A stretch of 64,000 nucleotides of DNA, taken from NCBI GenBank assembly GCA_965197525.1, contig OZ240211.1, positions 32,001 to 96,000 of the forward strand, read 5' to 3'. The notes beneath the pieces were generated by a model. The model did not search any database. It had not been told where the DNA came from and saw only the letters and a list, made by a program, of their open reading frames with translations. Origin of the DNA: Nitrosopumilus sp. (GTDB lineage Archaea > Thermoproteota > Nitrososphaeria > Nitrososphaerales > Nitrosopumilaceae). The translations under genes were made by a program, and so were the position numbers. Shown piece by piece: positions 45,274 through 55,466 of the stretch. The number at the start of each line of letters is the position of its first letter. The first letter of the stretch is position 1.

Positions 45274-46568
45274 GGTTCTGTCGTGTTAAACTCTGTTTCC
45301 TAATTACATGCAACACAGACCACCATCTGGGTGATTTTGCTTATGTCATTGCCTTTCCTCCTACACTGCGGTCTTTGTGGCGGGTTTTAGACTGATACAC
45401 TATCTTTGGTGTGCCGTATCCGTTCTCAATTGCCGTATCGATCATCTGATTGTACAAACACACCTTTCCGTATATCTCCGTCTTGACGTTTTCCCATTTT
45501 CGTGCCATTATAGACTCCCCTAATACCCGCTTGAACGTAGAGAACGCAGTCTCTACTGTCCACCTGTCGTTGTATCCTGATTCCCTGCGCCACATATTCT
45601 GCCGTTCCTTCTTTTCCTTGCGCGTAAGATCTGCAAACTTGTGTTCTGACTTTTTATCTATATGCTCAAAACTGCCAAGCTGCTCGAACCCAGCCTTCTT
45701 ACGAGACATGCATCCGTTTGCGTTTCCAGCAAAATTAATGCGAACCGGAATCAGTGGTTTAATCTCGTTTTTGTTGCAGTAGTTGTAAATATCTCGTGTA
45801 TCATACGCACCATCGGCTGCAACCTTGGTATCGGCAGACATCTCCACGTTTGGTGATTTTTCTGCGTTTGCAAAAGCTTGTTCCACTAGTTCTTCAAACT
45901 GCGGGGAATCTCCACACTTGTCGTCAGTTATGACCACTGCATAGATCTTCTTGGTTTTAGCATCTACACCGACATGCAGTTTTATGAATCCGCGCCTCAC
46001 TCCCCATTTTTCTGCCATCCAGTCGCCGCGGTTTGTAGGCTTGAGCCCAGTTGAATCAAACGCAAACAGGCTTATCTCGGTTCTCGTTTTGCCGTCTGTA
46101 AACCATGCAGCGGCAGTGTTACCGCTACCGTTGTCATCTATTGTACAGTTGAGTTTTGTCATCCTTTTCTGAAATGCAGAGTATGTAGGCGCATTTTCCT
46201 TGCCGACGATTGCCTCTGCCACACCCTCCAACTGTCTGTATGGGATACCGGTGGCGTTTCGGAACAGAACAGCTGCTGCAACGCACGCGTTTGAGAATGT
46301 AAACGGGTGGCCTACCTTTCCACAGTTCATCTTCTCAAGCCCCTGCACCATGAGCTCCTCGTTTATCTGAAGCATAAACAACTTGCCGCGATCTATGTAT
46401 TTGCGGTTATCATACTGGAGTCTGCATTCGTTTGAACTGGAAGATTTTTTAGTACCATGCTTGCCTAGTTTGTCTGGAGAGGATGTGTTTTTGGTCATGA
46501 TTGATAGTCTGATTGACAACGCACCTCTCTGTTCAATACAGTTTTCTATTGAAAGTGTTTGATACAAC
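45274..46568 (-). mobile_element. IS5-family element; the end near 46568 looks truncated or divergent
   Basis: GGTTCTGTCGTGTTAAA at 45274 resembles an IS5-type terminus. Only a partial counterpart (TTTGATACAAC) is seen at 46558-46568. Confidence 0.6.
45341..46498 (-). CDS. IS5-family DDE transposase, intact ORF
   Basis: FAFDSTG, FIKLHVGVD, AADGAYDT and RWTVETAFS motifs. ATG at 46498 chosen as the start. Confidence 0.92.
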   Translation of the reverse strand: MTKNTSSPDKLGKHGTKKSSSSNECRLQYDNRKYIDRGKLFMLQINEELMVQGLEKMNCGKVGHPFTFSNACVAAAVLFRNATGIPYRQLEGVAEAIVGKENAPTYSAFQKRMTKLNCTIDDNGSGNTAAAWFTDGKTRTEISLFAFDSTGLKPTNRGDWMAEKWGVRRGFIKLHVGVDAKTKKIYAVVITDDKCGDSPQFEELVEQAFANAEKSPNVEMSADTKVAADGAYDTRDIYNYCNKNEIKPLIPVRINFAGNANGCMSRKKAGFEQLGSFEHIDKKSEHKFADLTRKEKKERQNMWRRESGYNDRWTVETAFSTFKRVLGESIMARKWENVKTEIYGKVCLYNQMIDTAIENGYGTPKIVYQSKTRHKDRSVGGKAMT

Positions 46569-47008
46569 GTTCAAATTCAGTTGTTCTATGCCTAATCTGA
46601 TCTGATTTTGGATTAGTTAGGCGTGGTTGGTGATAATTAGGAAACAATGTTTCGTGTTATATGGATCTAATGCATTAACTCAAAAATTGATGTTCTTTTT
46701 TTTATCAAGTTAACGAGTCAAATCTCGTATTGTTGACTTTGACATATCGACTATTTGGATTACAGGTCTACAGGGTTCCAACATTGCATTTTCAAAAGTG
46801 AACGACTGCGCTTCACTTGTACCATCTCGACTATCCCTAAACCTAGCGGACAGTTTGTGTGATGCATTCATGGCAGCTATGATCTCTCTATCCAAGGGGT
46901 TTTATATTGTGCAGGCGGTCATATGCACAAGTATCTACCCCTGTTGATCTGTTTACATTTTGTACCTGATTTGATCTGAATTAGAGCCCATTTCGCTTAG
47001 CTGGAAAA

Positions 47009-47983
47009 ATGAAAGAAGTTATATGCAATTTCCCTACATCAAGTAGCATGCAAACCGTCCTAACTGCTAGCTTTCAGGATTATGACAAGCATGATTTTAC
47101 AAAACCTACTGTAATGTACATCTTGCAGCAGATTCAACCAAAAATCAGGCAAAAACTCGCTTCATACCATTATTTGAAAAACTCAGTCATAGATCTGACC
47201 CCTGATGAACGGCCAGATCTGGAAAAGATAACATTAAGCGAGATAGAATTCGTAGCCGACAAGATCTCTTTCAATGCCAGCTGGTTTACAACCCAGAAGT
47301 ATATGGAATTGTGGAAAGAGTATCTTTTAAAATTTTTAACTGAGCATGCTGAAATTCAAAAACCGTTTAAAACCATCCAGACTAACTTTCCAGATAATTG
47401 GATTGACCAATTCATGCTGGTAAGGGATCTGTTGAATACAATGTACTCGGTGATCAAAGACTCGTATGATAACTGGCACAAGAAATCCATGGCAGAGTTT
47501 TGTGACTCCAATCTGCCATTGGAACTGTATAATTTGTACAATCTCTCATACATAGAAAAGATATCCGTGGTAAGGACTTTTGCATGTGACTTGGCCAAGC
47601 TGCAACACAAGCTGCATCTTGTAAGATCAGACCATAAAAAAATAACAAACGAGTTATCGGTGTTTGAAGAGCAGCACAGGAATATTTCTAAACTGTTTGC
47701 AGAGATGTCACGTTCTGAGCTTGTATTAAGATTTTATCTAAAATCCAACAACGCAAAAGAAATGAAGGACATGTTTAGGCCCATACCCATAACTCTTGAT
47801 GACGCCGCAGAAGAAAGATTTAGGATTTATTTCAACGACTTTAAGAAAAACCTTTTTGATCTGACGAATATTCTGAACAAAGAAAGATACCTGAGCGAAG
47901 ACATCACCCTGAGTTCTCCAAAATCTGAATCTTTTAGGAGTTTTGGGGAAAAACTAAACCAAATAATCCTGAAATATGGTTAA
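47009..47983 (+). CDS. Hypothetical helical protein (324 aa)
   Basis: Long ORF that overlaps the next gene and has no recognisable motif. Confidence 0.65.
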   Translation: MKEVICNFPTSSSMQTVLTASFQDYDKHDFTKPTVMYILQQIQPKIRQKLASYHYLKNSVIDLTPDERPDLEKITLSEIEFVADKISFNASWFTTQKYMELWKEYLLKFLTEHAEIQKPFKTIQTNFPDNWIDQFMLVRDLLNTMYSVIKDSYDNWHKKSMAEFCDSNLPLELYNLYNLSYIEKISVVRTFACDLAKLQHKLHLVRSDHKKITNELSVFEEQHRNISKLFAEMSRSELVLRFYLKSNNAKEMKDMFRPIPITLDDAAEERFRIYFNDFKKNLFDLTNILNKERYLSEDITLSSPKSESFRSFGEKLNQIILKYG

Positions 47984-48733
47984 GGGTAATATCGTCGTTT
48001 GTGTGGATTCATCCATATTTCTGGCAGAGGTGTTCGGTAACGAGGTACAGTCATCACGGTCAGGTGTCATAGACAAATTTCATAATCTGTTTTCATTTGA
48101 AAAATGCATGTCAAAAACTGTAAAGTGCGAAATAGATAACAGGATTTCGGTAATGACTAGATTCATCGACCATGTATCCAAGAAATTCATAGCAGAATTT
48201 CTTTCCTTCAAGGCAGAATCACCTACAGTCAAATTATCTGATTTGTCCTTTATGGAGTTATTTTTCCGAACCCTGAAAGATGAATATTCAGAGGGCTCTA
48301 CTGAGCTTGAAATAATAAAAAATATAGAATCTACCATGGCTGTATTTTTAGCTGAAAATTGTCGATGCAAAAAACCTCTAGAAACAAATGATTTTACTCT
48401 GTATGTTGGGGGGAGTTTGATAAAGTCATGACAAAAATCAAATTAAACTTTGACACAAAACTGGGAACATATCGCGTATTCCACGAGCAAGCAGACCCGT
48501 CAATCCGTAAAAAACTAGAAAACGAGTCAGAAATGAAAAGAACGGTTAAGAAAAAACCATGTGATATCGATATTTTATGCGAGGTGGAGGCATACCAAAG
48601 AAGTTCTGGAAAGACATGCCTGTTGGCAACCACTGATCGTGTTGACTTTCTAAACAACAGATTAGTAATTAAGTCCTTAATAGGAGTGAAATGTATAGAT
48701 CCTGTTTATCTTCCAATTGAATTAGAAGAATAA
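47976..48733 (+). pseudogene. PIN-like domain protein split into ORFs 47976-48431 and 48428-48733, probably at a G6 tract
   Basis: N-terminal VVCVDSSIFL and C-terminal CDIDILCE...LATTDRVDF resemble the two halves of a PIN fold. One extra G at 48408-48413 joins the frames (YVGGEFDKVMTK). Confidence 0.5.
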
Positions 48734-49545
48734 CAAGTTCAACATGGCATTGATATTTGAGCAATGGGTGACATTTGACTACCCGAAAGCATAAAACCAA
48801 CTACTAATTTAAGATTGTCTGGTTTGACTTTGGAGTTTGTAGAAAAAATATACTAGTGCTTAAAATTCTGTATAATGGTTTATTATTTTTAACCACGCAT
48901 AAACACATGTTAACTAGATTCACTTACATCTAGTGATATCGTTTGTTTCAAGATTTTTGAAATGATCTCTGGTTACGTACCTCTTGCGAGATATCATCTT
49001 TAATATTTTGACAAACCTTGGATTGACATCAAGATCGGCAGGCATTACGGGTAGCACTATTTCGTAGTTTGCGGTCATGACATCAATGCCCCTTTGTATA
49101 AAAGATTAAAAAAAGACATATAGAATTGCTTAGAAAAGAGCATTTCTTATTTTAACAGATCAGACTCTGCATCTGAATTTGTAGCATCCTTAGGATCAAT
49201 CTTGATGTACTGTTGTTTTGTTTCTTAGTATTGTAGTGTGTGCTGGGAGTAACCCTCCTTTTGTTTTCACGATATTTCGCTTTGCAGCCTACCTGAACTT
49301 GGTACAGGATCGTATAGTTCTGTTTGGCCTTGCTCCATGTGGGTCGTCTGTTTCATTCCTTTTATGGAAACCTCAGGTTTTGCCATCACTGTAAACGCCA
49401 TATTGGATCACTTTTCTGTTCCGTTGCCAATCATCTCTGATTATCTATCTCCAGATCACATTTCCTGTATGGAGGGAGGAGTTTCCTCTGCCGTAGCAGC
49501 GTTTCGTGCTCCAGCTCACACACACGGTCGTATGTATTGGCTCAA

Positions 49546-50184
49546 TTATAGTATTTCTTTAGGTTTTGTGCCTGTTATGAATAATGTTCCATGCTCTCTC
49601 TTCCATTTCTTTTTGTTTTGTGAATCTTTGACATGTCTTGTTCTGACATTAAATCCCGCTTTCTTGAAATGTTCTCTCCATTCTTTCTTTGAGTAAAGAT
49701 GCATCTGTATCTTCATCTTGTCTGCCCAATGCGCAGTTGCTTTGTTGTCTGCATAAAAATCGGTTCCACAAAAAAACTGTCCTTTAGGTTTTAACAATTT
49801 GTATATCTTTGCTAGTGCTACATCTATGGAATCAGCATAATATAGTGACTCCATCGAGAAGATGTAATCAAATCGCCGTCCTCTGTACCTTAGTGATTCA
49901 ATATCACTATGAACGAACTTTTCTTCTTTGGACTGTGACATCTTCCTTGCCTGCATTATCATCTTTTTACTTTTGTCAATTCCTAAGGCTAGATTACATC
50001 TTTTTTCGGCTGTAATTTTTCTGATTACCCATCCATTTCCACATCCTACATCTAAAAATGTAAACGGCTCATCAAATGATACATTATTTAAAAATCTCGA
50101 GACGTTTTTTTTGTGCTCTGTCTCCATTAATTTGGCTCTTCCATTTTGAGCCCATACATCAAAGGTTTTTTCAACTTTATCCAT
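49546..50184 (-). CDS. Class I SAM-dependent methyltransferase
   Basis: FLDVGCGNG motif I, GIDKS and FDYIFSMESLYY. Confidence 0.92.
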   Translation of the reverse strand: MDKVEKTFDVWAQNGRAKLMETEHKKNVSRFLNNVSFDEPFTFLDVGCGNGWVIRKITAEKRCNLALGIDKSKKMIMQARKMSQSKEEKFVHSDIESLRYRGRRFDYIFSMESLYYADSIDVALAKIYKLLKPKGQFFCGTDFYADNKATAHWADKMKIQMHLYSKKEWREHFKKAGFNVRTRHVKDSQNKKKWKREHGTLFITGTKPKEIL

Positions 50185-50234
50185 CTTGTTTACCTTGCAT
50201 AATTAGTTTAATCTTTGCTATTTATTTTAGTTTT

Positions 50235-51446
50235 CTAGATGTTTTTTACCATGCCAAATAACTGTCTAACTACAAGTTTTGGATGATGTGTTGCCAATCT
50301 TATCATATTGGATAATCCAAAATCCGCCTTGATAAAGTCAATAAATTCCTCTGATTTTAGCTCTTTTATGACATCTATCTCTTTATCCCATTGCTTGTCA
50401 GTCAATCCGATCCATCTGTTCTGAACTTTGCCTGCTGACTTGATCTTTGCTTCTATTTCATCTCTCCAATTTTTCTCATACGGGTATAATGCCTTTTCAT
50501 CGGTTATACCTGACTGTATGGCCTTTGATGACACCGCGCCTGCAACCTTGCCAAATTTTATTGCGTAGCGAATTCCTTCCAAAACTAGTGGGTTTGCCTG
50601 TCCTGCTGCATCACCAACTAGTATTAGATTATTATACACAGTTTTTCTTGATAGTCCGTCATTTGGAATCAATCCGTAATGGGACTCTATTATCGTGATC
50701 TTGCCTAGCTCTTTTATCGGACCTAATCTTTTCTCTATTATCTCGTTTAGCCTTTGCTTTGGATCTACATTTGATTCTGGTTTGCCAACGCCTACTCCGA
50801 TTCTGACAACATCTTTTGATAATGGAAATATCCACGCATATCCTGCAGGGGAGTATTGTTGTCCTACCATCAGCCACCATGTATCAGAATTAACACCGTC
50901 AACTCTTGCTTCGTATTCTGCTCCTACTCCGTACCGCGTCCACTGCTTTGCAAATCCCATTGCTTTACACACAGTTGATGCAAATCCACTTGCATCAATT
51001 ATCACTTTGGCGTAAAATGTTATCTTGCCGTTAGAATCATTCCCTGTTACTCCTACAATGTCTCCTTTTTCATCTTTTATGACTTCTCTAATGTTTGTCT
51101 TTAGAAATATTTTGGCACCCTTTGCCTCAGCTTGATGTGCAAGCCATCTGTATGTCTTTCTTACATTCAATACTGCGGCCCTAGGGATGGTATCGCTGAT
51201 AGTTACTCTATTATTTGGGGACACAAATGAAAAATTTTTGATTGGATTAAAGCAGTCATCTGGAATTCCGAACTCTTTGATATTTTCAATCCATGTAACC
51301 CCGCTTGTTCTGACTGTCTCTGCAACGGACTCTTCTTTTTCAATTATAGCTACTTTGATTCCATTTTCTGCAGCAGCCCATGCCGCAGATGATCCAGCAG
51401 GCCCTCCTCCGACAACTAGTAGATCATAGCGGTGTATTCTTGACAA
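50235..51446 (-). CDS. Geranylgeranyl reductase-family FAD oxidoreductase
   Basis: VVGGGPAGS, GYAWIFP and LVGDAAGQANPLVLEGI motifs. Confidence 0.9.
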   Translation of the reverse strand: MSRIHRYDLLVVGGGPAGSSAAWAAAENGIKVAIIEKEESVAETVRTSGVTWIENIKEFGIPDDCFNPIKNFSFVSPNNRVTISDTIPRAAVLNVRKTYRWLAHQAEAKGAKIFLKTNIREVIKDEKGDIVGVTGNDSNGKITFYAKVIIDASGFASTVCKAMGFAKQWTRYGVGAEYEARVDGVNSDTWWLMVGQQYSPAGYAWIFPLSKDVVRIGVGVGKPESNVDPKQRLNEIIEKRLGPIKELGKITIIESHYGLIPNDGLSRKTVYNNLILVGDAAGQANPLVLEGIRYAIKFGKVAGAVSSKAIQSGITDEKALYPYEKNWRDEIEAKIKSAGKVQNRWIGLTDKQWDKEIDVIKELKSEEFIDFIKADFGLSNMIRLATHHPKLVVRQLFGMVKNI

Positions 51447-51499
51447 TTAATCTAAATTGTAATAACCTTGAATATAATTTTGAGGTTGCCTTTTTGTGA

Positions 51500-51709
51500 T
51501 TATCTCTTTAACACCGGAGTGCCTGTTGCGTCATTTTCCCTCTCTGAATCAAACGTTTCCATATGTGCAGGGTCGCGATGCATGAAGCTATGCGTTTGTC
51601 CTTCTGCCTTTCTGCAGAATTTCTTATGAATGTTAAGTTCAATGTCTAGTGTGGTCTGATTTTCATGAAATAGGCGTTTACCGCAGTCAGGGCATATGAA
51701 TTCAGGCAT
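51500..51709 (-). CDS. Small zinc-finger-like protein
   Basis: FICPDCGKR...IHKKFC pattern. Confidence 0.7.
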   Translation of the reverse strand: MPEFICPDCGKRLFHENQTTLDIELNIHKKFCRKAEGQTHSFMHRDPAHMETFDSERENDATGTPVLKR

Positions 51710-51784
51710 AAACCTTCTTTATGTCAAATCTATTTAGATGTTTCAACACTGTTTTAACCTAAACTTTAGATATGTATTCATCTA

Positions 51785-52144
51785 TTGCTGGTTATGGACT
51801 ATCTAGGACTATCTTCACTGATTATGTGGTCAATAGTAACTGGTATTGCTATGCTAGTTGTTGGATTCAGTTATAGCATGTATTTGAAAAGGCATGCTGA
51901 TGAAATTAAAGATGAATATGACATTGATGCTGCCACCACCACCATCCCTCTTGATACTTTAAATGATAATCGCACTATCGACACTCTGAATACTACTGAA
52001 ATGCAATCTCAGCTATCCTCTGATATTCTGCATGAATCGCCATCTAATATTGTGTCTGGTGCATCTGCTTATATCTCTATTACCAATCACGATACTGATA
52101 ATACAAAAACTATCTCATCTAAATCTGAACAGATTGACGATTAA
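51785..52144 (+). CDS. Hypothetical protein with an N-terminal TM helix and an acidic, Ser/Thr-rich tail
   Basis: Hydrophobic residues ~8-31 followed by a low-complexity polar region. Confidence 0.55.
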   Translation: MLVMDYLGLSSLIMWSIVTGIAMLVVGFSYSMYLKRHADEIKDEYDIDAATTTIPLDTLNDNRTIDTLNTTEMQSQLSSDILHESPSNIVSGASAYISITNHDTDNTKTISSKSEQIDD

Positions 52145-52179
52145 GTGAAAAGAAACATGTTTTTGTATATTTTGTATCA

Positions 52180-52941
52180 TCATCCTTCAGATGCTGCTTT
52201 TCCACCATCTACATTTAATGTAGTTCCAGTTACCCAGTTTGCTTCATCTGATGCAAAGTACAACACTGCATTTGCAACATCTTCTGGCTCCCCTATTCTT
52301 GCCAGAGGTAATCTCTCTTCTAGAACTTTTCTTGCCTGAGGATCATCCAGATATGATTTTATCATTCCTGAATTAATAATTCCGGGGTTAACACAATTGC
52401 ATCTAATATTCTTTCTTGCATATTCTACTGCTATCGATCTTGTAAACATGGATATTGCAGCTTTTGTTGACGAATATGCTGCTAAATGGACTCTTGGTAT
52501 CGCTCTCTCACTTGATATTGAACCCAAATTAATTATTGTTCCTGCATTGACATCTACCATTTTTCCTAATACTGCTTTTGTCATTTGAAATACGCCCAAC
52601 ATATTCACATGAATAAGATTTTTTATATCTGCACTTTGCATTTGGTGAAAGTGTATTGGATCATTTATTACTCCTGCATTGTTGACTAGAATGTCAATTT
52701 TACCATACGTATCCATGATCTGATTTATTGTCTGTTCTACTTGTGATTCGTTAGTTACATCACATGGTACTGATGCACTTTGTTCATCGCACCCAACTTC
52801 TTTTCTTGCATTCTCTAACTTTTCTAGATCTCTTGCAATTAATACTACTTTGGCCCCTTCATCCACAAATTTCTTTACAATTCCTTTACCAATATCACTT
52901 GATGCTCCTGTAACAATGGCAATTTTATCCTCTAGTCGCAT
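52180..52941 (-). CDS. Short-chain dehydrogenase/reductase (FabG-like)
   Basis: [12 protein letters not shown] and catalytic YSSTK. Confidence 0.93.
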   Translation of the reverse strand: MRLEDKIAIVTGASSDIGKGIVKKFVDEGAKVVLIARDLEKLENARKEVGCDEQSASVPCDVTNESQVEQTINQIMDTYGKIDILVNNAGVINDPIHFHQMQSADIKNLIHVNMLGVFQMTKAVLGKMVDVNAGTIINLGSISSERAIPRVHLAAYSSTKAAISMFTRSIAVEYARKNIRCNCVNPGIINSGMIKSYLDDPQARKVLEERLPLARIGEPEDVANAVLYFASDEANWVTGTTLNVDGGKAASEG

Positions 52942-53276
52942 GATATTATATCATATTAGTCACATATAGAATTTTTGTTACACTGGTTCAAGTCATATCT
53001 AAATACCTTCTATTTTTCAATTAAATTAGTAAAATTTCAAATAATTACCAATTTTTGATTAATATCTTAGATTTTTTTATTTAAATTTGTAATTATTCTC
53101 TTGAATGATAACTGGTTCTATAACATGTGTCTTTAACAATACCCAATCATAGGCCATGTGGAAATATTTTATCGTTTTGGCAAGCGTCAACACCACAACA
53201 CATGTCATGGTTATACATCTTAATTTCTTTTATCTTTGCTATGAATATTTAAATTACTATATATCATCTTTGTAGT

Positions 53277-53420
53277 ATGTCAAAGCGAGTAACCATTATG
53301 ATAGATGATGATCTGGACAAAAAGCTCAAAAAACTCCAATCAATTAGGCAAAATAAGGAAAATGGACATATTAGCTACTCCAAAGTGATCAATGACTGTG
53401 TAAGAAAAACAATGAAATAA
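53277..53420 (+). CDS. Small ribbon-helix-helix-like DNA-binding protein (47 aa; below the ORF-track cutoff)
   Basis: Manual translation MSKRVTIMIDDDLDKKLKKLQSIRQNKENGHISYSKVINDCVRKTMK has an RHH/CopG-like strand-helix-helix pattern. Confidence 0.7.
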   Translation: MSKRVTIMIDDDLDKKLKKLQSIRQNKENGHISYSKVINDCVRKTMK

Positions 53421-53733
53421 GCTTTGTATTGATTATTCATTTATTCTGCTTTGCGTAGATTACCCTGCTATGATATTAGATTATGTGTGTGCGAAGTATT
53501 GCTCTTATTTTTGCTAGTTAACACATGCAAATGTCATTGATTTTTTCTGTGTTACTATTGTTTTTAGAGTGCAAATCAATAAACTTTCTTGTGAGAAGAG
53601 CATTTTGATGAGGGTCAGATATGTACAACTAGATTATAAATAATTAAAAATTGTTTCAATATTGTATTGACAACGCACACTGTTTCCTTATTTCTGCCAT
53701 TTTCATACCTTGATTTTTAATATGTAAAAAAAA

Positions 53734-53865
53734 TTAATGGCTGTGCCCACAACCGCAGGAATCATGATGTCCTTCTGATTCCTTTCCTGCACATTTTGAG
53801 CATTTATCTGATCCTATGGGTGAAAAAAACCCAATCCCACAAGATACACATTTCATATTTGCCAT
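53734..53865 (-). CDS. Small Cys/His-rich metal-binding protein (43 aa; below the ORF-track cutoff)
   Basis: Manual translation MANMKCVSCGIGFFSPIGSDKCSKCAGKESEGHHDSCGCGHSH has two CxxC motifs and an HHxxCxCxHxH tail. Confidence 0.7.
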   Translation of the reverse strand: MANMKCVSCGIGFFSPIGSDKCSKCAGKESEGHHDSCGCGHSH

Positions 53866-53969
53866 GCTGTTGCTCAAAAATTCCGATATTTAATTAATTG
53901 TATTTGTTTTTTTTGTAGTTGAGATGTTCTAATTATAGAGATTAACGTGTAGATTTTTTCTCAGATGTT

Positions 53970-54287
53970 TTATTTGCTGTCATTTTTGAAGACTCTATAT
54001 TCTCCAATAATTCCATTGCATTTTTCGCACGTATATTGCCCTCTCTCTACTAACGTCAGATTTTCTGCTACTTTTTCATTGTTTTTTTCTTCAATCTGAA
54101 TTTTTGGCGAATTGCTGAACTCGGTTTGACAATTATTACAATAATGTTTGTGCATTTTATCTGTCTCTAATTTCCCAATTGGCGCTAACAGTAATTTACC
54201 TACCCCTAGGTCTGCTTTACCTGCTTGCTCTTCTGTCAGTTCAGCAATCACATAACCGCCCGAACCGTATAGCTTGAGTTCTGTCAT
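53970..54287 (-). CDS. Conserved-looking zinc-ribbon hypothetical protein
   Basis: CNNC...CEKC pairs in a 105-aa ORF. Confidence 0.75.
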   Translation of the reverse strand: MTELKLYGSGGYVIAELTEEQAGKADLGVGKLLLAPIGKLETDKMHKHYCNNCQTEFSNSPKIQIEEKNNEKVAENLTLVERGQYTCEKCNGIIGEYRVFKNDSK

Positions 54288-54799
54288 TTTAATTTGATGT
54301 TTTTTACTCTACTAAAAACTATTTGATGGGGTTAGGGGGCTTGTATATTTGGGTTATATAATTTAATAAGAGAAGAAAATAGATGATTTGTAACTGTGTA
54401 GTTTTTTGAAATAATTTTTAACCTTTAATATAATATTTTGCTCTCAAGTTATCTTGAACCACGATTACAGTGTTTAACTATGTCCAACAACGCAACCGAA
54501 TATCACTGGAAGCAGAGATATGAAAAATTAGAGCATACATATCTGATTAAAATATATCAAAAAACTATCTCGTTACCACAGTTACATTTTTTGTATGATG
54601 TGATTAACCTGTTTTCAGACGATGTAAAAAAAGTATATGATGGATTAAAAAAATTGATTCGAAGTTAGCAAAAATACCATCTTTAGGACTACAATTTTAC
54701 ATCAAAAAATACTACTCAAACACAAATTTCAGAAAATCCTTTATTTTCAACCATTTCTGAAAAAGAAAACTCGTAGACTAATTCTTACTTCTTTGAAAA

Positions 54800-54964
54800 T
54801 TAAGCCAATATTCTCTTGAATCTAGGTTTTGATTTTGCTAAAGTCATAGCGTTAACATAAACTTCTGCCAGATCAATCCCTTCAGCAATGATTTTTTTAT
54901 TATCAAATGCAATCCACTTGTTAGAAAACGCTACTTCTTTTGCACTCTTTGCCGATTTAGTCAT
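54800..54964 (-). CDS. Small DUF5678-like protein (54 aa)
   Basis: Manual translation contains NKWIAFDNKKIIAEGIDLAEV, resembling the DUF5678 pattern. Confidence 0.45.
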   Translation of the reverse strand: MTKSAKSAKEVAFSNKWIAFDNKKIIAEGIDLAEVYVNAMTLAKSKPRFKRILA

Positions 54965-55025
54965 ATTCGTATTACTCCCATATCCGATATTAGTGTTTCA
55001 GACAGCATAAGCCCAATTCTAATAT

Positions 55026-55466
55026 TTAGTTAATTATGGCTTTTAAAGAGGCACCGCATTTTTTAGGCAATATGGGATATTTTTTTCCATAAATGTTGAC
55101 TTTGATTCTCCGGATACGATCATGAGCGAAATAATTTTTGTAGCTCTTTGCTAACAAAATCATGAATAATGAAAAATGGCTGGATTCTAAAGCACTTGCC
55201 ATGGAAACAGCTTTCTTGCCACTATTAGTGAATTTATCTTTGATTTTGCCTACGCTAAGAGAATTACTTTTCAATTCAACGATGATAATTTTTTTATCAT
55301 CTTGAAAAATTATACAGTCACATATTTTTTCCGGTTGGGTTTGTACTAACAGTTCTCCTTTCAAGATCGCATAGTTTTTTGCGGTATCTATACAAATACT
55401 ACATTGTTCATCACAGCAATCTAGTTTTGCAAAATTGTATTTGCGTTTAATTTTTTGAACGATCAT
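55026..55466 (-). CDS. Small putative PD-(D/E)xK nuclease-fold protein
   Basis: EKICDCIIF...IIIVELKS gives a D...ExK arrangement. It is coupled to the ATPase by a 1-nt stop/start overlap (TAATG). Confidence 0.55.
   Translation of the reverse strand: MIVQKIKRKYNFAKLDCCDEQCSICIDTAKNYAILKGELLVQTQPEKICDCIIFQDDKKIIIVELKSNSLSVGKIKDKFTNSGKKAVSMASALESSHFSLFMILLAKSYKNYFAHDRIRRIKVNIYGKKYPILPKKCGASLKAIIN

Noticed and set aside
48740-49540. ORF 49337-49696 and the surrounding intergenic DNA as a gene or ncRNA
   Set aside because: The ORF overlaps the methyltransferase antisense and has no motif. No tRNA-like or other structured RNA was recognised.
54438-54668. 76-aa plus-strand ORF
   Set aside because: It has a weak start and no recognisable features in very AT-rich DNA, so there is not enough support to list it.
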